This document shows positions 30,194 to 40,078 of a stretch of DNA of 64,000 nt, in pieces; the stretch's first letter is position 1, and the number at the start of each line of letters is the position of its first letter. Source of the DNA: Syntrophales bacterium (GTDB lineage Bacteria; Desulfobacterota; Syntrophia; Syntrophales; PHBD01); contig OY764159.1 in assembly GCA_963668175.1 (NCBI GenBank), forward strand, positions 3,328,001 to 3,392,000. The letters are read 5' to 3'. A program made the translations under genes and the position numbers. Below the pieces are notes generated by a model. It was given only the letters and a program-made list of their open reading frames with translations, made no database searches and had not been told where the DNA came from.

Positions 30194-30599
30194 TTATCTT
30201 CTCAAGGGCCGATCCGGCCCGGGAACGCTCCCGAACGTAATATGAGGCATATATATGCAAGCCCGGAGACGAAATCACGTTATGAATTGTAAAGAAAGAA
30301 TATCGTTCGCAATTACAATTAATTACATTATTTATAGGGGTTGTCGGCAAAATAGGGCGCTTTCCCGCGTATCAAACCGAAATATTCATGTATTGCCGGA
30401 TAAAGCGATTCACATCATCCTATGTTCAGTTGTTCATCCATCGACAGTGAAAACTGGACATAGAAGTCATCATCGTATATATGCGAATATAAAACGAATA
30501 GGTTGAATAAATCATTGTTCCGCAATGACTGAAGCGCAAAGCATGATCTCTCATCGGGAACCGGACGCCATATGGTCAATTCGCGAGTCAGTCCGGCTG

Positions 30600-31688
30600 A
30601 TGCCTAGACTGGCCTGGCTGGACAATGCGAAGGCCCTGGGAATCATCCTGGTATTTTAAGGACATATTGCCGAGCAGGTCTTCTCGATCACCCAGACTCA
30701 GGCCGCCTACATCCAATATAAGCTGATCTATTCCTTCCACATGCCGCTCTTTTTTGTGTTGTCCGGCTATCTCGCTTCCCGGAGAAATCGGGAAGATATT
30801 CCCTCTTTTTTTAAAAAGCTCATGATTTCCCGCATCGTTCCTTTTCTATTCTTTAATCTGCTGATCCTGCCGTTTTACTTCATCGATGCGGCGTTCACGA
30901 ACAGTCATGCCGATGTTCCGCAACTTTTGTCGAGATCTTTGTATTTGCTCGCCGGCAGGCCGGCCTTCAACTTCATCACCTGGTTTTTGATCTGTCTGGC
31001 ATCGGTAGAAGTCATCCACTATCTCGTATTTCCGCTTGTCCGTAACGATAAGCGGAAAATGATACTGGCGATCATCTTGTGTTATTTGGCTGGGTGGTAT
31101 GCCGCGAGCCCGGGCAATATCCTTAACACATTGCTGTTCAAGGACTACTGGTACGTCCGCGAAGCCGTGCTGGCTTGCAGCTTCTATCTCTTCGGAAGTA
31201 TGCTGCCCGCAATGCCTATGCTCCGGGATACCCTACCGGCAAAATCGGCATTTCCAATGGGAATTCTTTCCACCGGATTGCTCGTCGTCGCTTTCAATCT
31301 CAATGAAGGCCCCTTCCGGATCTGCCCGGTTGTCGCTGTGGCGTTTGCGGGCTACGGGAATATTCTCCTGTTTCCATTGACGGCCATAGCCGGAACCGTG
31401 AGCATCGCGATCGTTTCACGATGGCTGGGAACGATAGGTATTTTTCAGTATCTGGGGCGGAATACCCTCGTCCTGATGGGATTGAACGGCATCTTGGCCC
31501 AATTTCCTAATGTCGTGTTCTTAACCAGATTTCAGGGTTTCCTTTCCGGTTCGCCGTTGACGACGGTCTTTTTGTGCTTTGTCTTAACGGTTTTATCCAT
31601 CATACTCTGCATCCCGTGCGTTTACCTGCTTAATAGATACCTGCCGCGAGCGGTCGGTTCCCCCCGGCCACGGCCTCGCACGTTTTAG
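30600..31688 (+). pseudogene. Acyltransferase-3 family gene with a premature stop
   Basis: MPRLAWLDNAKALGIILVF*GHIAEQ...IYSFHMPLFF; an in-frame TAA at 30657-30659 interrupts the conserved N-terminal motif. Confidence 0.8.
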
Positions 31689-31824
31689 ACGGTCGGAGTT
31701 TCGTCATTTCATCTTCAAATCATAACAGAAACGGAAAGCGCACTGACGGAAATTAACTCGATCGCATCTTTACTTATTATCGCATCAACTTTATGATGTG
31801 AGCTGATCTGATGAGGAAAACCGT

Positions 31825-32283
31825 ATGAACATGGAATTTTTGGCCGGGGCGGTTGCCGTCGTCGCGGCGGTTCTCACGATCGTCGCATGGCGGTCCAAAG
31901 GGCGTTACGGAAAGCTAAGGCCAAGCAAAGACGCCGCGGCGGCCTACGAATCCTTCTCTGTCGATCCCGGCAGGCATTATTATATCAGCGGCTCCGACGT
32001 GTGCCCCAATGCCGTGATCGGTATGGTCAAGTCCTGGACGCTGAAGACGGATTTATGGCGGAGACGGGAACTCGACGCCGCGGGAATGAAAGGCCTTGTT
32101 CAAAACATGCAGCGCAAAGCCGCGGAAAGCGGCAGGGCGCTCCACGGCTTCGACATCCTTGACAATCACGGCGAGATCATAGGCAACGGCTATTCCGGAC
32201 TTGACGTCAGAGTCACGGTCAGGATAGACGGGGACAGGACCGCCGTCATCTCCACGCCTCCCATGGACGCCGACCTGCCCTAG
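31825..32283 (+). CDS. Hypothetical membrane-anchored protein
   Basis: GAGGA RBS; N-terminal hydrophobic helix; 152 aa. Confidence 0.65.
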   Translation: MNMEFLAGAVAVVAAVLTIVAWRSKGRYGKLRPSKDAAAAYESFSVDPGRHYYISGSDVCPNAVIGMVKSWTLKTDLWRRRELDAAGMKGLVQNMQRKAAESGRALHGFDILDNHGEIIGNGYSGLDVRVTVRIDGDRTAVISTPPMDADLP

Positions 32284-32477
32284 TCTCGCCGGATCGAACC
32301 CGCCGTTTGCCCCCGGAAGGGGGACCGAGGGAATGCTTATTGAGAGACGTCCCGGCCCCGCGTATCCCCGCGGCCGGAATATCCGCCTCGACGATAACCG
32401 CCTCATTACGATCATTCTGCCGGCTTCTGCCGGCAGCCGCAGACGCCTGCCGTCGATGTCGACACAAGCGGATACGT

Positions 32478-33023
32478 TCAATCCACGAGCATGAGACAGT
32501 AGAGATTCTGCGTCTCCGATTTTTCCTTGAGCGTCACGAGGGGAAAGCCGTTGTTGCGGGCTGTCTGGAATACGTCGATCCCGCACGATTCCATGGAAGG
32601 CCTCGTCTTGGCGGGGAGGCGGCAGGGCACCCCCGTCTCCTTGCCGCATTCCTTGCACAGCACACAGGGACCGGCCAGAAGTACGAAGGCTTTGTAGTAT
32701 CCATCCTTGAAAAGCTCCCCCTCCAGTTCGACGAGTTTATCCAGATAGGCGACCATGTTCTTGGCCCTTTCCTTCGCGGCGGGGGCGGCGACATGGAAGA
32801 GAATGGCGCGCTGATACGAATCGAGAGTTGCCCGTGTTTCGGCCGGGGTCGGCGTGTGGGGAGGACAACTGTACCGGTTGTGATACGGACATCCGTATAG
32901 GCATTTGAACCGAACCCACGGGGCCGTGACGACGGTCTGCGGAGACGTGATTTTTGCATGCGTGGCACCTGCCTGAACTGCTTTTTCGCAATACTTGTCA
33001 AGATCGCTTGTCTGCATGGGCAT
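32478..33023 (-). CDS. DUF2284 metal-binding protein
   Basis: KCLYGC, SCPP, AGPCVLCKEC and RPSMESCGIDV motifs. Confidence 0.88.
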   Translation of the reverse strand: MPMQTSDLDKYCEKAVQAGATHAKITSPQTVVTAPWVRFKCLYGCPYHNRYSCPPHTPTPAETRATLDSYQRAILFHVAAPAAKERAKNMVAYLDKLVELEGELFKDGYYKAFVLLAGPCVLCKECGKETGVPCRLPAKTRPSMESCGIDVFQTARNNGFPLVTLKEKSETQNLYCLMLVD

Positions 33024-33158
33024 CTCCTTTCTTTTCGTGTGTCCGAAATTCCTACATGAACGGCGGGAAGAAGTCTATAACTTATTGAGAAAATTCCCTG
33101 GAAGGCGGTCCGGCGGACGCAGCCGCTTCCGATCGCATCCGTTCGTAAAAAAAAAGAC

Positions 33159-33180
33159 TTGACATTAGACGACCGGTCTA
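33159..33180 (+). promoter_or_regulatory. -35 box and NemR-like operator
   Basis: TTGACA followed by TAGAC-GACCG-GTCTA; a 12/15 copy lies at 33819-33833. Confidence 0.7.
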
Positions 33181-33204
33181 ATATATATCGGGCCACGGGA
33201 GTTA

Positions 33205-33798
33205 ATGTCCTTCATGGCATGCAAAGACACGCGCAATATGCTTTTACGGGCTGCGAGGCGAATCATCCTGACCAGGGGATTTGCCGCCACCGGTTTGAGC
33301 GAAATCCTGGCCGCCGCCGGCGTGCCGAAAGGCTCTTTCTATCACTATTTCAAATCCAAGGAGGATTTCGGGGCTGAACTTCTGAAAAGTTACCTTGAGG
33401 AGCAAGAGGCCTTTATAAGGCAGTGCTTAACCATGACGTCCATGGACCCTCTGGAACGGATTGTTATGTATATGGAAAAGAGTCGGGCTTTGCTGGAACG
33501 CAATCAATGCCGGCAGAGCTGCCTGATCGTCAAACTCGGCGCGGAAGTATCGGATCTCAGCGAAACCATGCGCAACGTGCAGAGAGACGGCGTCAGGAGA
33601 TGGCTGGATGTCTACGCGGAATGTGTGCGCGAGGGACAGCAGGCCGGTTCTATCAACAGGAATCTCGATGCCTCCCAGGCCGCCGCTCTCATCCACGACC
33701 TGTGGCAGGGGGCATCCGTGAGAATGCAGATCGATCAGGATACGGCGCCGCTGGAAAACGCCGCGCTGATCATCAGGAGACTGCTGACCCCTCACTAA
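33205..33798 (+). CDS. TetR-family regulator (NemR-like)
   Basis: GFAATGLSEILAAAGVPKGSFYHYFKSKEDFG and CLIVKLGAEVSDLSETMR motifs. Confidence 0.9.
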   Translation: MSFMACKDTRNMLLRAARRIILTRGFAATGLSEILAAAGVPKGSFYHYFKSKEDFGAELLKSYLEEQEAFIRQCLTMTSMDPLERIVMYMEKSRALLERNQCRQSCLIVKLGAEVSDLSETMRNVQRDGVRRWLDVYAECVREGQQAGSINRNLDASQAAALIHDLWQGASVRMQIDQDTAPLENAALIIRRLLTPH

Positions 33799-33854
33799 TT
33801 TTTTTTTGCGGCATTTTGGATACGACCAGTCTAATCATGATAGGAGGTGGAGGC

Positions 33855-34415
33855 ATGATGGCTATAGGTATCATCGGAAGTCCCAGAAAGACGGGAAGCA
33901 CGGCGTTGCTCGTCGGCGAAGCGCTGCTAGGCCTCAGGGACGGCGGAGCCGAAACCAAGGAATACTTCCTGAACGAGATGAATATCAAAGGCTGCCAGGG
34001 ATGCCTGGCCTGCAAGAAGCCGGAGGCCGTCTGCGCCGTCAAGGACGACATGGCCATCCTCTACGATGAAATCAGGAACGCGGGCGCCGTCGTGATCGGT
34101 TCACCGGTCTATATGTGCCAGATGACCGGCCAGACCAAGCTGTTTCTGGACAGGCTCTTCGCCTTCATGAACCTCGATTTCACCCACCGCTTGGGCGACG
34201 GCAGGAAGACCATTATGGTCTATACCCAGGGACAGGCGGCGCCGGAACTGTTCAAGGGTTCTTTCAATACCAACAAAGCCGTCCTGTCGCTCCTCGGTTT
34301 TAACATTCAGGATACGATCGTTGCAGGCGGCCTGCATCATCGGGAGGATATCTTAAAACAAAAGGACGTCATGGAGAAGGCGTACAACGCCGGCAAAGCC
34401 CTGGCATCCGCCTGA
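33855..34415 (+). CDS. Iron-sulfur flavoprotein / flavodoxin family
   Basis: GSPRKTGST, GCQGCLAC...C and GSPVY motifs; GGAGG RBS. Confidence 0.9.
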   Translation: MMAIGIIGSPRKTGSTALLVGEALLGLRDGGAETKEYFLNEMNIKGCQGCLACKKPEAVCAVKDDMAILYDEIRNAGAVVIGSPVYMCQMTGQTKLFLDRLFAFMNLDFTHRLGDGRKTIMVYTQGQAAPELFKGSFNTNKAVLSLLGFNIQDTIVAGGLHHREDILKQKDVMEKAYNAGKALASA

Positions 34416-34701
34416 CACGGACCATTCATCCCCGACGAGGGATGTTCGATATATACGGGGCACCCATTTGCCCACCTCCTGTCCCTCTCCTCACATTACC
34501 CCTTCCTGGAAAGAGAGGGTAAGGGTGTCCTGTTCTAACCTGCCTCAGTCCGGGCGGCAACCCCCAAGGTTCCGCCCGTGACCGGCACGGTCTTCAACAG
34601 CCATCGAAGCAAGACAGGAGCCTCCATCCGTCCGGAGGACGCATGAGCGCCGCGCGGTGCGGGCTCCTTTCCCCCCGCTGAAACGCCCAAACCCTTTCGG
34701 G

Positions 34702-34920
34702 TTATCGATCATGCCTGCCGATGAAGGCCTTTACCTGCCGCCTGGCGTCTGCGGCGGCCTCGGGGCCGTAAAAGGCGAGGTCTGTCTTATCGAAAGCCGC
34801 GACATCCTCGTGGATTTTCAGGAGGAATCCGGGAGGCTCTTGGTCCGCTTTGCAGAACCCTGTCCGTCTTTTCCCGTGTGAATCTGCATTTCCCTGAACC
34901 AGCCACATGGCGTCACCTTC
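34702..34920 (-). pseudogene. Decayed C-terminal fragment of a dienelactone hydrolase paralogue
   Basis: Ends YGPEAAADARRQVKAFIGRHDR*, nearly the same as YDSEAAADARRQVRAFIGGYVR* of 35486-36268. The 5' limit is approximate. Confidence 0.55.
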
Positions 34921-35016
34921 ACGGCCGGTGCCTGCATTCCTTTGACAGGCGTGCCGTGTCTTCTTATAGTGAGAAGAACGGACTAACCTGCCAAACGAAA
35001 AAGGAGGTGCTTTGTC

Positions 35017-35418
35017 ATGAAACACAAATCCGTCATCATCGTCGTTGTCGTTTTTCTGATCTGCCTTCTGTCCGCAGGGCCCGCCCTGCCTCAGGCAAAA
35101 ACGGACGGCACGATCCTGCTTACGATCTTTCTGCGGCACGATCAGGCCAAAAATCTCGACGAAATCAACAATCAGCTCTTGAAGAACGGTTACTACGAAA
35201 AGTTTCCGCCGGCAGGCATGGAAGTCGTTTCCTGGTATGTCGTCATGGGCATCGGCCAGGTTGTCACCCTGAGATTGCCTGCGGAAAGATTGCGCGAGGT
35301 GAACGTTGTCCTCGAAAACACGGCCTGGGGTCCGTATCGCACGGAATTCTACCCGACGTACGATTACAAGGAGCGGGCAGAAGAACAACGTAAGATCATG
35401 CTGCAAAAGAAGCGCTGA
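35017..35418 (+). CDS. Hypothetical exported protein
   Basis: AAGGAGG RBS; signal peptide; 133 aa. Confidence 0.75.
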   Translation: MKHKSVIIVVVVFLICLLSAGPALPQAKTDGTILLTIFLRHDQAKNLDEINNQLLKNGYYEKFPPAGMEVVSWYVVMGIGQVVTLRLPAERLREVNVVLENTAWGPYRTEFYPTYDYKERAEEQRKIMLQKKR

Positions 35419-35485
35419 TATCCGTCTCCTCTCCTCTTCCTTATTCACGCTGCCTGTAACAGGCTGTTGTAAACGACCGTTCGGG

Positions 35486-36268
35486 TTATCGGACGTATCC
35501 GCCGATGAAGGCCCGGACCTGTCGGCGGGCATCCGCAGCGGCTTCGGAATCGTACAGGATGCGGTGTATCCTGCCGAAGCCGAGCACCTGGCCGTTCGAG
35601 CCGTCGTGATCGAAACCGTGATAAGCGCCGGGATAGACCCGGAGGGAGACTTCCAGTCTGCTGCTTCCCGGCGGAGGTGTCCGTTCCACGCAGCGCTGGG
35701 CCGGCGTCCAGTCGTCCCTTTCGCCGATCAGGATGAGCAGCGGGGCGTTCAGGGCTTCCATGTTCAGGTCGCAGTAGGGGTAAAAGGCGACCGCGGCCCG
35801 GAAAGGGGTCTCGTTCCTGGCGGCGAGGGCATTAAGGACCACGCCGCCGCCGTGCGACCATCCCATGACGAGAATCCTGCCGCCGTCGATGTCGGGCCTT
35901 CGGGAGAGATAGGCCCGGGCGTCGTAAGCATCGCGGATGCGCTTGCGCGCCATGTCCCGGCTGAGATCGCGGTCGGAACAGACGCGTGAGATTCCGCGGG
36001 GGCGGAAACTGTCCACCCGGAGGGACGCGTAGCCCCAGCTTTTAAGGAGTTCGGCCCAGGCCGCGTCGCGCTTCGTGGCGCCGCTGCACCCGTGGAGAAG
36101 GACGGCGGCCGGGAAAGGCCCGAGGCCCGCAGGCTTAATCAGGACGCCTTTCAGGGTAACATCTTCCAGAGAGCTTTTAAACGAAACGTCTTCGGCCGCA
36201 CCAACGCCCGGGCATGCTGTAAAAACGGCTAAAATCGCAAGAAACCCGCAGACTTTTTTCATCGCCAT
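35486..36268 (-). CDS. Dienelactone hydrolase family protein (exported)
   Basis: Signal peptide; LHGCSG, GWSHGG, GERDDW and YPGAYHGFD motifs. Confidence 0.88.
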   Translation of the reverse strand: MAMKKVCGFLAILAVFTACPGVGAAEDVSFKSSLEDVTLKGVLIKPAGLGPFPAAVLLHGCSGATKRDAAWAELLKSWGYASLRVDSFRPRGISRVCSDRDLSRDMARKRIRDAYDARAYLSRRPDIDGGRILVMGWSHGGGVVLNALAARNETPFRAAVAFYPYCDLNMEALNAPLLILIGERDDWTPAQRCVERTPPPGSSRLEVSLRVYPGAYHGFDHDGSNGQVLGFGRIHRILYDSEAAADARRQVRAFIGGYVR

Positions 36269-36363
36269 TGCTCGACAGGGAAGAGAACGGGAAACGCCAT
36301 TTACAACCCGAAAACCCGCGGGACTGCTGGCCGGATCATCTTTCAGGTCATAAGGCCGCGGTT

Positions 36364-37803
36364 TCATTCGTCCGCCGTATCGGCGGGCAGGTTGCCGCTC
36401 CGGACTGCCCGTTTCGCCCGGCCGTGGCCCAGTTGGGCGGCCTTCGCCAAATCGCCGGCGGCGTCGTCGCTTCGCCCGGACTTCTTGAGACATACGGCCC
36501 GCTGAAAATAGGCGTCGCCATAATCCTTGTTCAGTTCCAGGGCCTTGGTGAAGTCGCGGATGGCGCGGCCGCAGTCGTTCTTCAGCGCATACACGAGGCC
36601 GCGGCGGTACCAGCCCAGCGGCTGTAGCGGATTGAGTTCCAGGGACTTGCTGAAATCGGCGATGGCATCATCCAACCGGTTCTGTCTGCGGTAGGTCCAG
36701 GCGCGGACGTGATACGCATGGGGGTTGTTCGGCTCGAGGGCGATGGCCTTTTCGAAATCCCGGTAGGCGTCGTCGAATCTGCCGAGGTTGCGGAGGGCCG
36801 TTCCCCGGTTGGCATAGGCATCGCTCATCGTAGGGTTGAGCTTGATGGCCGTGTTGGCGTCGTCCAGGGCCTGCTGTCTCCGGTTGAGTTGGATGTGGAT
36901 AAACGACCGGATGTTGTACGACCGGGCGAAGTCGCTCTTGATGTCGATGGACTGGTTGATATCGGTGAGGGCCTTGTCGTATTCCTTGAGAGTCGCATAG
37001 GTTAATGCGCGGTTGGCCAGGGCGCCCGGATGTTCGGGCTTCAGGGCCAGGGCCCGGTTGATGTCCTTGAGCGCCTGCGTGTAATCGCCGAGGCGGAAGC
37101 GGCAGAAGCCGCGCGTGTTGTACGCGTTGGCAAACTGGGGATCGGCCTCCAGCGCTTTATCGAAAACGGCGATGGCCTCCCTGTATTTCCGGGCCTGCAT
37201 CAGGCCGTAACCCTCGTTGAAGAGATCGACGCCCCCCAGCTTCTGCACGGCGGCCCGGTACTCCTTCTGGTCCCTGGCTTTCCCCTCCCCTTTCGCCGTC
37301 TTCAGCTCCTTCCGGAGCTTTTCGAGCTCTTTGAGAAGGCCGTCCGTCTGTTTTTTCGATTCTTCCAGTTCGGTCAGGTTCTGCCTTTCCCGCCGCAATT
37401 CGTCGATGGCCTTCGCCACCTGTTCGGGGTCGGCCTCCATTTTAGCGACGATATAGTAGGTCTTGCCGTCCCACTTCTCCGAGACGATCACCGTCTTCAC
37501 GATGCCGGCCGTCATCGCCATGACCTGGTCGCGGGTCACCTGGTAGTCCTTTACTTCCGTCCGGCTTTCCAGGTAGACGCCGAGTTCTTCCAGAAGGAGC
37601 CGTTTGACCTGCTCGAGGGCGATGGTCCGGCAGGAAACCTTGCTGTCCATCTCCGAGGCCTGGTAGGCATAGTCACGGTTGTAGGTGACCAGGGTCGCCG
37701 CCGCTGGAACCGGGAACGCAAGCACGACGAGAAGGGCATAACAAGCCGCGGCCTTCAGGCTCGTCGTCATAACGACGGATCGTTTTTTCATCATGACCTC
37801 CAT
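36364..37803 (-). CDS. Tetratricopeptide-repeat protein (exported)
   Basis: Signal peptide, coiled coil and about eight TPR repeats (AYxNRG...A..D...AI.L.P). Confidence 0.88.
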   Translation of the reverse strand: MEVMMKKRSVVMTTSLKAAACYALLVVLAFPVPAAATLVTYNRDYAYQASEMDSKVSCRTIALEQVKRLLLEELGVYLESRTEVKDYQVTRDQVMAMTAGIVKTVIVSEKWDGKTYYIVAKMEADPEQVAKAIDELRRERQNLTELEESKKQTDGLLKELEKLRKELKTAKGEGKARDQKEYRAAVQKLGGVDLFNEGYGLMQARKYREAIAVFDKALEADPQFANAYNTRGFCRFRLGDYTQALKDINRALALKPEHPGALANRALTYATLKEYDKALTDINQSIDIKSDFARSYNIRSFIHIQLNRRQQALDDANTAIKLNPTMSDAYANRGTALRNLGRFDDAYRDFEKAIALEPNNPHAYHVRAWTYRRQNRLDDAIADFSKSLELNPLQPLGWYRRGLVYALKNDCGRAIRDFTKALELNKDYGDAYFQRAVCLKKSGRSDDAAGDLAKAAQLGHGRAKRAVRSGNLPADTADE

Positions 37804-37844
37804 TTCACGGCAAACAAATATACGCGCGGAGCAAGCGGTCGCAG

Positions 37845-38471
37845 TTACGACCCAGATTGCACGGCGGAACCGACAAAGTCTTTGAGAGCTGTCAATAACG
37901 CGACCAGGATGTCCTGAATGCCGTCCTCGCGGTCTTTATCCAGGACCGCCGGACGCGAAACCCTTATCTTGCAGATATACCCCTGCATGCCCGTCAGATA
38001 AACGGCCGAAGCCACCTGTTGCGTGATGCCCGAAAGTTCGTCCGTAAATTCGTACGTCAGCTGCGCCGACAACATCCGCAGGGATTGGCCGTTGATCAGG
38101 CCGAAAGTCGCATCCGCGTCGGAAACGACTTTGACATTGCGGTAATAACCCATTTTTTCCGCTTGCCGTATGTCGGCGACGGCGGCCTCCTTCGCCTCCC
38201 TGACGACGGCCGATCCGGTCCCGTCCTCGATATCCCCCCGGCCAAGGTCGTAAAGATAGACCGTAATGGCGATGCCGGCCTCATCGTTGTACCCGATCGA
38301 GGCCCCCAGCCTTTTATCCTGATAAAGGAACGGCTCTTCCGCGTTGAATGCCTTGTATTGCGCCGGCAGCGACCGAAGAACAGCTTCCGGTCTATCCTTG
38401 GCGAATGTGTTGGCGGCGGCGACAGCCAGGAGAACCGCTGCAAGGAGCATTTTCTTCATGGCAGGCATCAT
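37845..38471 (-). CDS. Hypothetical exported protein
   Basis: Signal peptide MKKMLLAAVLLAVAAANTFA; 208 aa. Confidence 0.7.
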   Translation of the reverse strand: MMPAMKKMLLAAVLLAVAAANTFAKDRPEAVLRSLPAQYKAFNAEEPFLYQDKRLGASIGYNDEAGIAITVYLYDLGRGDIEDGTGSAVVREAKEAAVADIRQAEKMGYYRNVKVVSDADATFGLINGQSLRMLSAQLTYEFTDELSGITQQVASAVYLTGMQGYICKIRVSRPAVLDKDREDGIQDILVALLTALKDFVGSAVQSGS

Positions 38472-38764
38472 CCCGACCCCCTATGACGACATGGCCTTCC
38501 GGAACCGCCTCCGCAGATGCGCGGCGCGGTCCGCGGTTTTTCAGGTCCGGCGGCAAAACCGGCGGCTATGAAACCTTGTACGCACTCTTATAATCCTAAA
38601 GTGATTATATAATAGCCGTACTTAAGATTCAACGGCAATCATGGGGCATGGAAGGCAACCCCGTGATTCCGCCCGGGACCTGCGGCCCGGTTGCACCGAG
38701 CGGACCGAACACAGGCAGAGTCGAAACGCCGGAGGGTTAAGCCTCCGGACCGGAAGACCATCTC

Positions 38765-39121
38765 TTAGGCCTTTTTCCCGAACGCTTCGATGTATTCTTT
38801 CAGGGCCTCTGCATTGTTGATCCGCTCTTCTTTCGAGCTGTAGACGAAGGTGACCGTTCCCTTTTTCACGTAGTCCAGCAATCGGCTCATTCCATCCGGA
38901 TTTGCTTTCAGTTCCTTGCCGTAACGTTCGCGAAACGCCGTCCATTTATCGGGATCGTGACCGTACCAGCGCCGCAGTTCGTTAGACGGCGAGATGTCTT
39001 TCGCCCAATAGGCGATTTCCGCCTTCTCCTTCGTGAGCCCCCGCGGCCAGAGACGATCCACCAGGACCCTGATACCGTCCGCTGCTTCCGGTTTTTCATA
39101 GACCCGTTTCACCTTGATCAT
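38765..39121 (-). CDS. DUF488/YeaO family protein
   Basis: KRVYE...DGIRVLVDRLWPRG and SPSNELRRWYGHDP motifs. Confidence 0.9.
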   Translation of the reverse strand: MIKVKRVYEKPEAADGIRVLVDRLWPRGLTKEKAEIAYWAKDISPSNELRRWYGHDPDKWTAFRERYGKELKANPDGMSRLLDYVKKGTVTFVYSSKEERINNAEALKEYIEAFGKKA

Positions 39122-39467
39122 CGTAAACCCCTTTGTTGAATGGCGGTTCGATCATCCTTCCGGCGGGACATCTGCGATGCGGTCCCCTCCCGGAGGAAGG
39201 CCCATGCTGCCTGCCGGCGTATTCCAGGATCGCCGGCCCATCCTACTTATTTAGTTATTGCTGATATTTTGCAGACAAGCGGCACCTTTCTTACCAAAAA
39301 TCCAACGGCTGCATAGGCCTATTGAGCACCCATGAAGAACTCGTTTCACGACATATAAGTCCGCTGCGGTCACTTGTTTTTCTTGACAGAGTCCGAACGA
39401 CTTCCTATATTTTAACCTATTCTGCATGACTGGTTCCATCTGTCAAGGGTGAAAGGGGGGCATCCGT

Positions 39468-39866
39468 ATGAAGCCGAAGATCAGCATGATTACGCTGGGC
39501 GTATCCGATCTTGATCGTTCGACCGCATTTTACCGCGATGGGCTTTCGCTGCCGGTACACGGGGATTTTTCCGGCATTACCTTCTTCAAGCTGGACGGCA
39601 GTTGGCTGGCCCTCTTTCCCAGAAACGAACTGGCCAAGGATGCGGGCATAGATTCGGCCGGACAGGGATTCGGCGGTATCACCCTGGCCCATAACGTCGC
39701 CTCCCGCAAAGAAGTGGATGCCGTCCTCGCGGAAGCGCAAAAGGCGGGCGCCAAGATTGTAAAACCCGCCCGCGGCGCCGACTGGGGAGGATATTCCGGA
39801 TATTTTGCCGACCCGGACGGTTATCTCTGGGAAGTCGCCTGGAACCCCCATTTCGATTTGACCTGA
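39468..39866 (+). CDS. VOC/glyoxalase family protein
   Basis: ITLGVSDL, ITLAHNV and WGGYSGYFADPDGYLWEVAWNP motifs. Confidence 0.9.
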   Translation: MKPKISMITLGVSDLDRSTAFYRDGLSLPVHGDFSGITFFKLDGSWLALFPRNELAKDAGIDSAGQGFGGITLAHNVASRKEVDAVLAEAQKAGAKIVKPARGADWGGYSGYFADPDGYLWEVAWNPHFDLT

Positions 39867-40078
39867 ACGACGACAACGCGACAGAGTTCTCCTTATGACC
39901 GAGCTTTACGGCCTGCATCCGGAAATATCAGACTTTAAGCATTTTCGAACCGGTAAATCATCCTAACCCTGATTGTCATTAAGGCCCATCCTATAGTACT
40001 CCATTGACGACAACCTCGATATATTGTATAACTAAGCAGTCATATTGTTATTAATCTTATCTTGAGGAGGTATGACTT

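Noticed and set aside
30657..30659. Recoded stop (Sec or Pyl) in the acyltransferase
   Set aside because: The codon is TAA, not TGA or TAG, and falls in a TM helix position.
34416..34700. c-di-GMP or other riboswitch in a hairpin-rich gap
   Set aside because: There is no recognisable consensus, and the gap lies between convergent 3' ends.
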